A stretch of DNA of 57,104 nt, counting the filler, from Vicugna vicugna (taxonomy: Eukaryota): the NCBI GenBank assembly GCA_013265495.1. It is 67 parts of 67 records of this genome, joined end to end, with 100 filler letters (N's around TTAATTAATTAA, not from the genome) between each part and the next. Parts side by side here need not be neighbours in the genome. Positions count along the whole stretch, not along the records: positions 23,552 to 25,153 come from MU063840.1; positions 25,254 to 26,124 come from MU063841.1; positions 26,225 to 27,003 come from MU063842.1; positions 27,104 to 27,989 come from PNXW01031497.1; positions 28,090 to 28,879 come from PNXW01031500.1; positions 28,980 to 30,197 come from MU063844.1; positions 30,298 to 31,195 come from MU063846.1; positions 31,296 to 31,771 come from MU063847.1; 59 more parts are not named here. One strand, 5' to 3'. Position numbers and translations under genes: made by a program. Below the pieces are notes generated by a model. The model saw nothing but the letters and a program-made list of their open reading frames with translations, was not told where the DNA came from and searched no databases. Every line of letters starts with the position of its first letter. Within the stretch, counting starts at the first letter, position 1. Shown piece by piece: positions 23,552-35,070 of the stretch.

Positions 23552-25153
23552 TTTTTCCTAATATCACTTTGCCAGGGAAAGCTAGCGGTGATTGTAGGAT
23601 ATCCCAGTTTCAGAGGCTGCCTACACAAGGTCAGGGAAGGTATTTCTCGGGCTTCCCCGAACAGGGAACACCTGTGACTGAAGAGAGCTGCGTGGAGTTG
23701 TCTCTCGAGCTCCCCCACGCACTGACAATGTTTCCGGAATCCTGAGCTTGGGTTGGGNNNNNNNNNNNNNNNNNNNNNNNNNNNNNNNNNNNNNNNNNNN
23801 NNNNNNNNNNNNNNNNNNNNNNNNNNNNNNNNNNNNNNNNNNNNNNNNNNNNNNNNNNNNNNNNNNNNNNNNNNNNNNNNNNNNNNNNNNNNNNNNNNNN
23901 NNNNNNNNNNNNNNNNNNNNNNNNNNNNNNNNNNNNNNNNNNNNNNNNNNNNNNNNNNNNNNNNNNNNNNNNNNNNNNNNNNNNNNNNNNNNNNNNNNNN
24001 NNNNNNNNNNNNNNNNNNNNNNNNNNNNNNNNNNNNNNNNNNNNNNNNNNNNNNNNNNNNNNNNNNNNNNNNNNNNNNNNNNNNNNNNNNNNNNNNNNNN
24101 NNNNNNNNNNNNNNNNNNNNNNNNNNNNNNNNNNNNNNNNNNNNNNNNNNNNNNNNNNNNNNNNNNNNNNNNNNNNNNNNNNNNNNNNNNNNNNNNNNNN
24201 NNNNNNNNNNNNNNNNNNNNNNNNNNNNNNNNNNNNNNNNNNNNNNNNNNNNNNNNNNNNNNNNNNNNNNNNNNNNNNNNNNNNNNNNNNNNNNNNNNNN
24301 NNNNNNNNNNNNNNNNNNNNNNNNNNNNNNNNNNNNNNNNNNNNNNNNNNNNNNNNNNNNNNNNNNNNNNNNNNNNNNNNNNNNNNNNNNNNNNNNNNNN
24401 NNNNNNNNNNNNNNNNNNNNNNNNNNNNNNNNNNNNNNNNNNNNNNNNNNNNNNNNNNNNNNNNNNNNNNNNNNNNNNNNNNNNNNNNNNNNNNNNNNNT
24501 TCCGGAATCCTGAGCGTGGGGAGGTTCCACCAACGGTCGGCAGCGCGTGGTTTCTTACGGAATGCCTAAGCTCGTCTCCCCTGAGTTTTTTCCTAATGTC
24601 TCTGTGCCAGGGAACGCTAGGGGTGATTGCAGGATATACCAGTGTCAGAGGCTGGCTCCCCAAGGTCAGGGAATGTTTTTCTTGGAATTCCCCGAACAGG
24701 GAACACCTGTGACTGAAGAGAGCTGCGTGGAGTTGTCTCTCGAGCTCACCCACACACAGACAATGGTTCCGGAATCCTGAGCGTGTGGACGTTCCACCAA
24801 AGGTCGGCAGCGCGTGGGTTCGAACGGAATGCCTAAGCTCGTCTCCCCTGCGGGTTTTCCTAATATCTCTGTGCCAGGGAATGCTAGGGGTGATTGCAGG
24901 ATATCCCAGTATCAGAGGCTGCCTCCCCAAGGTCAGGGAAGTTGTTTCTCTGACTTCCCTGAAAAGGGAACACCTGTTACTTAAGAGAGCTGCGTGGAGT
25001 TGTCTCTCGAGCTCCCACACGCACTGACAATGTTTCCGGAATCCTGAGCGTGGGGAGGTTCCACCAACGGTCGGGCAGCGCGTGGGTTCTAAGTAAGCTC
25101 GTCTGCATTGAGGGTTTTCCTAATGTCTCTGTGCCATGGAATGCTAGTGGTGA
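23552..25153 (+). repeat. SatA 267-bp satellite; monomer length measured here
   Basis: GGAATCC anchor at 24504, 24771 and 25038, an exact 267-bp period. Confidence 0.97.
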
Positions 25154-25253
25154 NNNNNNNNNNNNNNNNNNNNNNNNNNNNNNNNNNNNNNNNNNNNTTA
25201 ATTAATTAANNNNNNNNNNNNNNNNNNNNNNNNNNNNNNNNNNNNNNNNNNNN

Positions 25254-26124
25254 TGTCACTGGGATATCCTGCAAACCCCCCTAACTTTCCCTGGCAAAGA
25301 GACACTAGGAAAACCCTAAGGGGAGACGAGCTTAGGCATTCCGTTAGAACCCACGCGCTGCCGACCGTTGGTGGAACCTCCCCACGCTCAGGATTCCGGA
25401 AACATTGTCAGTGCGTGGGGGAGCTCGAGAGNNNNNNNNNNNNNNNNNNNNNNNNNNNNNNNNNNNNNNNNNNNNNNNNNNNNNNNNNNNNNNNNNNNNN
25501 NNNNNNNNNNNNNNNNNNNNNNNNNNNNNNNNNNNNNNNNNNNNNNNNNNNNNNNNNNNNNNNNNNNNNNNNNNNNNNNNNNNNNNNNNNNNNNNNNNNN
25601 NNNNNNNNNNNNNNNNNNNNNNNNNNNNNNNNNNNNNNNNNNNNNNNNNNNNTCAGGATTCTCATTGTTAGTGCGTGGGTTAGCTCGAGAGACAACTTTA
25701 CGCAGCTCTCTTCATTCACAGGAGTTCCCTGTTCGGGAAAGTCCGGGAAATAGCTTCCCTGACCTTGGGGACGCAGCGTATGTCACTGGGATATCCTGCA
25801 ATTACCCCTACATTTCCCTGGTACAGAGACATTAGGAAAACCCTCAGGGGAGACGAGCTTAGGCATTCCGTTAGAACCCACGCGCTGCCGACCGTTGGTG
25901 GAACCTCCCAACGCTCAGGATTCTGGAACCATTGTTAGTGCGTGGGTTAGCTCGAGAGACAACTTTACGCAGCTCTCTTCATTCACAGGGGTTCCCTGTT
26001 CGGGGAAGTCCGAGTAATAACTTTCCTGATCTTGTGGAGGCAGTCTCGGTCACTGGGATATCCTGCAATTACCCCTACATTTCCCTGGTACAGAGACATT
26101 AGGAAAACCCTCAGGGGAGATGAG
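25254..26124 (-). repeat. SatA 267-bp satellite (reverse)
   Basis: TAGCTCGAGA at 25681 and 25948 (267 bp). Confidence 0.96.
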
Positions 26125-26224
26125 NNNNNNNNNNNNNNNNNNNNNNNNNNNNNNNNNNNNNNNNNNNNTTAATTAATTAANNNNNNNNNNNNNNNNNNNN
26201 NNNNNNNNNNNNNNNNNNNNNNNN

Positions 26225-27003
26225 ATAGAACACAGAATACTGAATATAGAATTAAGAATATACAATGTACAACACAGAATATATAATATAGACTATGGAA
26301 TGCAGAATATAGTATATAGAATATAGAATGATGAACACAAAATATAGAATATAGAATAGAGAATATAGAACCCAGAATTTAGAACATGGAATGTAGAACA
26401 CAGAATTTAGAATATAGAATACAGAAAACTGAATATCGAATTTAGAATATAGAATGTAGAACACNNNNNNNNNNNNNNNNNNNNNNNNNNNNNNNNNNNN
26501 NNNNNNNNNNNNNNNNNNNNNNNNNNNNNNNNNNNNNNNNNNNNNNNNNNNNNNNNNNNNNNNNNNNNNNNNNNNNNNNNNNNNNNNNNNNNNNNNNNNN
26601 NNNNNNNNNNNNNNNNNNNNNNNNNNNNNNNNNNNNNNNNNNNNNNNNNNNNNNNNNNNNNNNNNNNNNNNNNNNNNNNNNNNNNNNNNNNNNNNNNNNN
26701 NNNNNNNNNNNNNNNNNNNNNNNNNNNNNNNNNNNNNNNNNNNNNNNNNNNNNNNNNNNNNNNNNNNNNNNNNNNNNNNNNNNNNNNNNNNNNNNNNNNN
26801 NNNNNNNNNNNNNNNNNNNNNNNNNNNNNNNNNNNNNNNNNNNNNNNNNNNNNNNNNNNNNNNNNNNNNNNNNNNNNNNNNNNNNTACAGAATAAATAAA
26901 TTTACAGTATAAAATGTAGAGCACAGAATATAGAATAGAGAATAGAGAAAAAGAACCCAGAATTTAGAACATAGAATGCAGAACACACAATTTAGAATAT
27001 AGA
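26225..27003 (+). repeat. SatB heptamer satellite
   Basis: 7-bp periodicity. Confidence 0.95.
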
Positions 27004-27103
27004 NNNNNNNNNNNNNNNNNNNNNNNNNNNNNNNNNNNNNNNNNNNNTTAATTAATTAANNNNNNNNNNNNNNNNNNNNNNNNNNNNNNNNNNNNNNNNN
27101 NNN

Positions 27104-27228
27104 CTCCCTATTTATCCTTTCCACCCTCTTTTCCCCCCACCCCAGTAATTGTAAGTTTGTTTACTATGTCTGTGACTCTCTTTCTGTTTTGTACATGAGT
27201 TCAGTAGTGTCTTCCTTTTTAGAGATGT
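27104..27228 (-). mobile_element. LINE-1 3' UTR fragment
   Basis: GTAAGTTTGTTTACTATGTCTGTGACTCTCTTTCTGTTTTGTACATGAGTTCA, antisense L1 3' UTR. Confidence 0.7.
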
Positions 27229-27334
27229 ACTTTCCATTCCACCTTTCTTTAGATTTGAAAAGCTTTCAAATAAGAAGTTGAGGGGGAAAACGGACTTCAC
27301 AAGAAATAACTAGAAGTCATTCTACAGGTAAAGA

Positions 27335-27552
27335 CTCCAGGTTCCTCTGTCTCAGTGCTGCCCTGCCATCTCTCTACTTCTAACGAGGTTTTCAACAAGT
27401 GGCTTCGCTTCCCATCGCCTGGGTTTCCACATCTGCAAAATAATAAACCTTCAGAGGTCCAATGGGAGGCTAAGTAGTAATAATATAGGTAAACAGAACG
27501 GTGCCTGGTGTGTAATAAGTGCTCAATAAAAAGTGCTAGTGCTAATAATAAG
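27335..27552 (+). mobile_element. MIR SINE relic
   Basis: GTTTCCACATCTGCAAAAT core and AGAACGGTGCCTGGTGTGTAATAAGTGCTCAATAAA 3' end. Confidence 0.8.
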
Positions 27553-28979
27553 TATGATCATTAACATTACTGCTATTACTATAGACAATTTACAGAACTA
27601 TTGAACTGGGAACATCTAGGAAGAAATACAAAGAACTGAATTCATTTTTTAAAAAATTATACTCTCAGAATAAAAAAAAAAAGTAAATGCCTTCTAGGAG
27701 CTAAAAATCACCTTATCGTGGTCCCCTTACTCAACTGGTATTTATTGAATTTAAGATTTGAAATAGCCATCTTTTAAATTTTTTCCCCACCTGATGCATG
27801 AATTCTGTTATTTCCCCAAAGTATCCATTCAATGCCTCCTTAAATCCTTAGCTCTCCCATCAGAAGCCAGTCATTACCAAACATAGACATACTAACCCCG
27901 CTGCACTCCAGTTTCTGTTTCTCTGGCTCCTGATTTCACCACTACCTAGTACTTTTAAAGGTTTAAAACTCAGCAGGACCACTGGGGCANNNNNNNNNNN
28001 NNNNNNNNNNNNNNNNNNNNNNNNNNNNNNNNNTTAATTAATTAANNNNNNNNNNNNNNNNNNNNNNNNNNNNNNNNNNNNNNNNNNNNAGGAGCTTGTG
28101 TCCCTCCACGGAAAGCAGCTGCGAGGCCCAGGCTTCCTTGCTGGCAGTTGGGGGCTGGGCAGAAAAGTCTGATAAGAGAAGATGGAGGCAGAGCCCCTCC
28201 GGGAACAGTGGTGGCCACACAGCTCTCAGGAGCGGGAGAGTCTTTCCTGGCTGCTGAGAGGGGAGTCCTCATGAGGCCAGTAGTCCCCCCAAGCTAAGCC
28301 CTCAGGACAAAGATCCAGCCATCCCTTCAGTGTCACCATAGAGCCAGACCATCCTCATCACTGTGCCTCTGTGCTCCTTTGTCCTGGGGCCTCTCTTCCC
28401 CATACACCCAGAAGACTTTTCTCCCTCTCTTCTCTGAGTGTCCCCTCACTTCACCCGTGGTCCCTGCTTCCTGGGTAACCATCTCTGGAGTTGACGCTTT
28501 GCCCCCTCACAAACCCCCGTTTGATCAGGAGCCTGGGTTGACCCCTTGCGCTCACTTTCCACCTTCAGACCATTGCTCTTCCTCTCTTGGGAGCACCTGG
28601 AAAACCCAGATCCTTTCCTAGCAGTGCCTGCCACCCTGGCCTCCCTGCTCATCTGCCTCAGTCAGGAGCACCTGGACCACCAGCTCTGTATTGCCTCACC
28701 TCCTACCATCAAGACGTCAAAGTTCATTCTCCCTCCACCACCCAGAATGGTCATTTTAGGGTCTTCTTCTCCATCAGCCTGAGCCAGCCACCCCTCATTC
28801 ATCCTACCCCTGGGCTCATACCCGGGCGTGTCTTCACCCAGGTCCAGCCTGTCTCCTTTAAGTGCCCACCTCTAGCCGTNNNNNNNNNNNNNNNNNNNNN
28901 NNNNNNNNNNNNNNNNNNNNNNNTTAATTAATTAANNNNNNNNNNNNNNNNNNNNNNNNNNNNNNNNNNNNNNNNNNNN

Positions 28980-29375
28980 AAAGCAAGTGCAAACCAATGA
29001 AAACATTGCTGTTGAATCCTGTGTAAGGCAAGGCATGAAAAACTTGGATTCGTACCAGTCCCAGATGGAAAATCAAGAGATAAAGAAACAAAAATTGTCT
29101 GAAAAATTATCTGTAGAAAAATCAGACTGAAACTAGCTGAAAGCCAAGAAAGAATCATCTATGCAAATTCAGGAAGTATACAGCGTCCAAAGGAGGTGGA
29201 ATCCCAATAGACCTACCAGCAGCTGTATGATTCAAATCAACGAAGTTCATGAGCATACAGGGATTTAAAATGCGCCTGGAGGAAAGCAACATAGTCACAA
29301 GAGAACCTCCAGAGGGGTTTCAGCTGATACATCGGCAGCAATATTGCAGGACAGGGAGGAGTGCCAGGACATAGA
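28980..29375 (+). mobile_element. Decayed LINE-1 ORF1 fragment
   Basis: CAAATTCAGGAAG..CAGCG.GTCC, AATCCCAATAGACCTAC and TCAGCTGAT...TTGCAGGACAGGGAGGAGTGCCAGGACATA correspond to ORF1p QEAQRVP / NPNRPT / SAD...LQARREWQDI. Confidence 0.75.
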
Positions 29376-30297
29376 NNNNNNNNNNNNNNNNNNNNNNNNN
29401 NNNNNNNNNNNNNNNNNNNNNNNNNNNNNNNNNNNNNNNNNNNNNNNNNNNNNNNNNNNNNNNNNNNNNNNNNNNNNNNNNNNNNNNNNNNNNNNNNNNN
29501 NNNNNNNNNNNNNNNNNNNNNNNNNNNNNNNNNNNNNNNNNNNNNNNNNNNNNNNNNNNNNNNNNNNNNNNNNNNNNNNNNNNNNNNNNNNNNNNNNNNN
29601 NNNNNNNNNNNNNNNNNNNNNNNNNNNNNNNNNNNNNNNNNNNNNNNNNNNNNNNNNNNNNNNNNNNNNNNNNNNNNNNNNNNNNNNNNNNNNNNNNNNN
29701 NNNNNNNNNNNNNNNNNNNNNNNNNNNNNNNNNNNNNNNNNNNNNNNNNNNNNNNNNNNNNNNNNNNNNNNNNNNNNNNNNNNNNNNNNNNNNNNNNNNN
29801 NNNNNNNNNNNNNNNNNNTGGAAATCAGTGCAGGACCTGACCTTTGGTGAAGGAGCAGTAAAGGGGAAACTGTGTTTTACTGGGATGCACACTCTAAAGT
29901 GGACAGGTCATTTAAGATGGAAGACGATGTGCTGAGGGTTAAAAGAGTGCATAGTGGACGTTTGATTGACATAACTGAAAGCAATAATCACAAAATTTCT
30001 CTGCAATTGATTCCCAGACCAAGACTCCATCTGCCAATTTTGAGCTAGGAGTGCCTGTGGAATCTGTGTGTTAGGGGTGTGGCTGATGTCACAAATTTAT
30101 TCCCAGGGCTTTGGAGATTGTTTTGGGCTGTGGTTGGTACTATCTAGAGAAGAGATCTGCCTGGGTCCTCTCTTAATATTAAATCTGCTGGCATATGNNN
30201 NNNNNNNNNNNNNNNNNNNNNNNNNNNNNNNNNNNNNNNNNTTAATTAATTAANNNNNNNNNNNNNNNNNNNNNNNNNNNNNNNNNNNNNNNNNNNN

Positions 30298-31195
30298 GTG
30301 TTCCGTTTAGGGAGAAGTCCTCTAAGAAATTCCTCAATGGATAAAGGGGCACTCACTGCTACTTGGCTTCCAAGCCCAACCCCCAGCTGTCCCTCATGGC
30401 CTGGCCTAAAAGAACACTCAGGGAACAGAAGCTAAGGCATACTAATAGAATCTAGGTGCTGCTGTCAGTTTGAGAAACCTCCTCACACTCAGAACACCAG
30501 AACACAAATTCGTGTGTGTGCTGGATGTAGGGAAACAGTCAAAGCATCTTTCAGGCGGCACATTTATTCCATGGTTGTGGGTTGTAGGTTAAAAACCCAC
30601 ATCCCATGGATAGGCTCTTGTTAATACTTGGTTTAGAGCCCAACCCCCACTTTCCCCCACTCTCCAGCCTAGGCATGTCATCAGGGAAGACAAGCTAAGG
30701 GATTCTTTTGGAACCCAGGCGCTGCTGTCATTTGGAGGAGCCTCCCCACAATCAGGATACCTGAGCACGTCTCCGTGTGTGTGCTGGACATGGGGAAACA
30801 GATTTCACGCATCTTTATGGGGCACAGGTGTTCCAAGGTTGGGGAAGTAGTTTAAAACCCTCGACTACCCACAGAGATGCACTCGCTAATACTTGGCTTT
30901 AGAGCCCATCCCCCACCATCGCTTACTGCTANNNNNNNNNNNNNNNNNNNNNNNNNNNNNNNNNNNNNNNNNNNNNNNGCTGCTGTCTGTTGGAGGAACC
31001 TCCCCACACTCAGAACCCCAGAACACTTCTTCCTGAGTTTGCTGGACGTGGGGAAACATAGCACACGCATTTTTCAGGGGTCACAGTAATTCACAAGTTG
31101 TGGGTTGTAGTTTCAACATCTCCATAACCATGGAGAGGCACACGCTAATTCTTAGTTTTAGATCCCAAATTCCACTTTCAACCACACACTGGCCT
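30298..31195 (-). repeat. SatE ~264-bp satellite
   Basis: GCTGCTGTCA at 30458 and 30721 (263 bp); the first monomer closely matches 20862-21083. Confidence 0.9.
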
Positions 31196-31295
31196 NNNNN
31201 NNNNNNNNNNNNNNNNNNNNNNNNNNNNNNNNNNNNNNNTTAATTAATTAANNNNNNNNNNNNNNNNNNNNNNNNNNNNNNNNNNNNNNNNNNNN

Positions 31296-31771
31296 ACCTC
31301 CCAACGCTCAGGATTCCGGAACCAATTTCAGTGCGTGGGGAAGCTCGAGAGAAACCTCCACGGAGCTATCTTCATTCACAAGTGTTCCCTGTTCGGGGAA
31401 GTCCGAGAAATATCTTCCCTGACCTTGGGGAGGCAGCCTCTGTCACTGGGATATCCTGCAAACACCCCTAGCATTCCCTGGCACAGAGACATTAGGAAAA
31501 CCCTCNNNNNNNNNNNNNNNNNNNNNNNNNNNNNNNNNNNNNNNNNNNNNNNNNNNNNNNNNNNNNNNNNNNNNNNNNNNNNNNNNNNNNNNNNNNNNNN
31601 NNNNNNNNNNNNNNNNNNNNNNNNNNNNNNNNNNNNNNNNNNNNNNNNNNNNNNNNNNNNNNNNNNNNNNNNNNNNNNNNNNNNNNNNNNNNNNNNNNNN
31701 NNNCTGGGATATCCTGCATTCACCAATAGCATTCCCTGGCAGAGAGACATTAGGAAAATACTCAGGGGAGA
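31296..31771 (-). repeat. SatA 267-bp satellite (reverse)
   Basis: Same motifs. Confidence 0.95.
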
Positions 31772-31871
31772 NNNNNNNNNNNNNNNNNNNNNNNNNNNNN
31801 NNNNNNNNNNNNNNNTTAATTAATTAANNNNNNNNNNNNNNNNNNNNNNNNNNNNNNNNNNNNNNNNNNNN

Positions 31872-32690
31872 AGAATTTAGAATATAAAATACAGAATACT
31901 GAATATAGAATTAAGAGCAGAGAATGTAGAACACAGAATATAGAATATATAATACAGAATACTGAATATAGAATTTAGAACATAGAATGCGGAACATAGA
32001 ATTTAAAATATAAAATACAGAATACTGAATATAGAATTAAGAGCAGAGAATGTAGAACACAGAATATAGAATATATAATACAGAATACTGAATATAGAAT
32101 TTAGAACATAGAATGCGGAACATAGAATTTAAAATATAAAATACAGAATACTGAATATAGAATTAAGAGCAGAGAATGTAGAACACAGAATATAGAATAG
32201 AGAATAGAGAACCCAGAATTTAGAAAATGGAATGCAGAACTCAGAATTTAGACTATAGAATACAGAATACTAAATATAGGATTTAGAACATAGAATACGG
32301 AATACTGAATATAGAATTTAGAATATAGAATGTAGTACACAGAATATAAAATGTAGAATACGAAATGCAAAATATAGAATACAAAATATAGAATGTAGAA
32401 CACAGAATGTAGAATATGGAAAACAGAATACAGAACCGAGAATTTAGAACATGGAATGCAGAACACAGGGTTTAGCATATAGAATACAGAATACTGAATA
32501 TAGAATTTAGAACATGGAATGCAGAACTCAGAATTTACAATATACAATACAGAATACTGAATATAAATTTTCGAACATGGAATGCAGAACAGTATATCGC
32601 ATATAGAATACGGAATGCAGAATAATGAATGTAGTATATTGAACGAAGAACACAAATTATAGAATATATACAAGAGAATATAGAAACCAG
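31872..32690 (+). repeat. SatB heptamer satellite with a 126-bp (18x7) near-perfect tandem unit
   Basis: TTAAGAGCAG at 31911, 32037 and 32163. Confidence 0.96.
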
Positions 32691-32790
32691 NNNNNNNNNN
32701 NNNNNNNNNNNNNNNNNNNNNNNNNNNNNNNNNNTTAATTAATTAANNNNNNNNNNNNNNNNNNNNNNNNNNNNNNNNNNNNNNNNNNNN

Positions 32791-33202
32791 TCCACGCAGG
32801 TCTCTTAAGTCACAGGTGTTCCCTGCTCGGGGAAGCCAGAGATATATCTTCCCTGAACTTGGGGAGGCAGCCTCTGACACTGGGATATCCTGCAATCACC
32901 CCTAGCATTCCCTGGCACAGAGACATTAGGAAAACCCTTAGGGGAGACGAGTTTAGGCAAACCGTTAGAACCCACGCGGTGCCGAACATTGGTGGAACCT
33001 CCCCACGCTCACGATTCCGGAATCATTGTCAGTGAGTGGGGGAGCTCGAGAGACAACTCCACTCAGCTCTCTTCAGTCACAGGTGTTCCCTGTTCGGGGA
33101 AGCCCGAGAAATACCTTCCCTGAACTTTTGTAGGCAGCCTCGGTCACTGGGAATTCCTGCAATCACCCCTAGCATTCCCTGGCACAGAGACATTAGGAAA
33201 AC
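32791..33202 (-). repeat. SatA 267-bp satellite (reverse)
   Basis: Same motifs. Confidence 0.95.
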
Positions 33203-33302
33203 NNNNNNNNNNNNNNNNNNNNNNNNNNNNNNNNNNNNNNNNNNNNTTAATTAATTAANNNNNNNNNNNNNNNNNNNNNNNNNNNNNNNNNNNNNNNNNN
33301 NN

Positions 33303-34050
33303 TGTATTACTGGGTGAGTGATTTCTTATTTCAGTAGTTTGAAATGTTATTTTATTTACCCTTGACCTATGTTTTCCGCTCAGAAATCTGCTGATAGCCT
33401 AATGAGGGTTCCTTTGTAGATTATCATAACTATTTTTGGCTGCCTTTAAAATATTACTCTGTCATTGACTTGCCAATTTGCATATGACGTATCTTGAAGG
33501 AGGTCACTTTGTCTTAAAGTTATTGGTGTTTTGTTGGCTCACCGACTTGTATATCAGTTCATTACACAGGTTCGGGAAGTTATTAACTATTTTTTCTTTG
33601 AATAAACCATCAGCTGCCTTCTAACTTTCTTCTACCTCCAGGATTCCATTCTAATGTGCAGTTTCTGAGGAAGTCTGATGGCTACTGTAGAGTTTCCTCA
33701 CTTTTTAAAATCTTGACTCTCTGCCCTCTCCTATCATTTCAAGTTTTGTATTGGTGAGTTTGCTAATTTCTCTTCCACAAAGACACTCTACTTCAAATGC
33801 TTTCTGTTGCATTTTTCATCTCATTTATTAAATTCTCCTGGTCCTCCAATAACTTTTGTTTATTTTATAGTTTCAGTCTCTTTGGTAATGTATTCCTTAT
33901 AAACATTTCATTTATTCCTGAGCTCACTAAACTGCTTTTGTAGTTTTGTATTTTGTATTGAGTTTCTGTATGATATCTATTTGGATTCTCCATTAGTTAT
34001 ATGGCAATATACCATGACTTTAAGTTTGTTTGGTGACTGGTGCATAGTTG
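33303..34050 (-). mobile_element. Old LINE-1 (ORF1 region) relic
   Basis: GAAATCTGCTGATAGCCTAATGAGGGTTCCTTTGTA and CAGGTTCGGGAAGTTATTAACTATTTTTTCTTTGAATA antisense ORF1 motifs. Confidence 0.75.
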
Positions 34051-34058
34051 TCATTGTA

Positions 34059-34132
34059 CGTGTGTGTGTGTGTGTGTGCAGGTGCGTGTGCATGTGTGTC
34101 TGTGTCTGTGTTGGTGTCTGTATGTGTGTGTG
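34059..34132. repeat. Imperfect (TG)n microsatellite
   Basis: Visible directly. Confidence 0.9.
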
Positions 34133-34267
34133 CTTGCCCTGTAATGTTACTGTGATTGGTCATGATCNNNNNNNNNNNNNNNNNNNNNNNNNNNNNNNNN
34201 NNNNNNNNNNNTTAATTAATTAANNNNNNNNNNNNNNNNNNNNNNNNNNNNNNNNNNNNNNNNNNNN

Positions 34268-34970
34268 ACTTGTGAGCTTGTGGATTACAGATCTTTCACC
34301 CTCAGAACAAGGCGTATATAAAGTTAGAAATATTTACACTGACTTCATAGTTTTTTCCTATCACCAGGTTCTAAAATAGGACATTTGGCACCAGAAAACA
34401 CTCTTTGAGCGAATTCTCAGCAATACACATGTAATTTACACTGTTTACATAACCATGGATTTCCGTATTACGAGCTTGTTTCATGCATCACGATATTATG
34501 AGCTTGTTTCATGCATCACGGATTCCTCAAACATGCATTTCTGAGTTGTGAACATGCGCATGACTGATTTTTCAACCAGCAAACAAGTTACTTATTCACT
34601 CTGAAATATATACTTTGTCTTCGTAGCTTCTTACTAACACCAGTTTCAAGAATCACACTTTGATCCCACAAAAACCCTCTAGGAGGGAATTATTACCTAG
34701 AGGTATATAATTTGAATAGATTCCATCTACATGATATTCCGTGTTCCGTACATGCTACATACATGACGGATTTGACAAACATGCATTCCTGAGTTGAGGG
34801 CATGTTGATTACTAATCTTTCCTCCTCTATAAAAGGAATATTTTCATCTAGACACGTGTGCACATTTTCACAAGCTTTCCCTAACACCAGGTTCGAATTC
34901 GTGCATTAAAAATATTTCTGGAGCAATTTCAATCTAACAGGTGTGTAATTAACATGAATTCCATCAACAT
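34268..34970 (-). repeat. SatC ~246-bp satellite (reverse), with an internal 28-bp duplication
   Basis: Subunits C, B, A read in reverse; TATTA(C/T)GAGCTTGTTTCATGCATCACG duplicated at 34466 and 34494. Confidence 0.92.
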
Positions 34971-35070
34971 NNNNNNNNNNNNNNNNNNNNNNNNNNNNNN
35001 NNNNNNNNNNNNNNTTAATTAATTAANNNNNNNNNNNNNNNNNNNNNNNNNNNNNNNNNNNNNNNNNNNN

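Noticed and set aside
23500..25020. 506-aa ORF and the other long ORFs in the track
   Set aside because: Length comes from N-runs translated as X plus satellite monomers; no recognisable domain.
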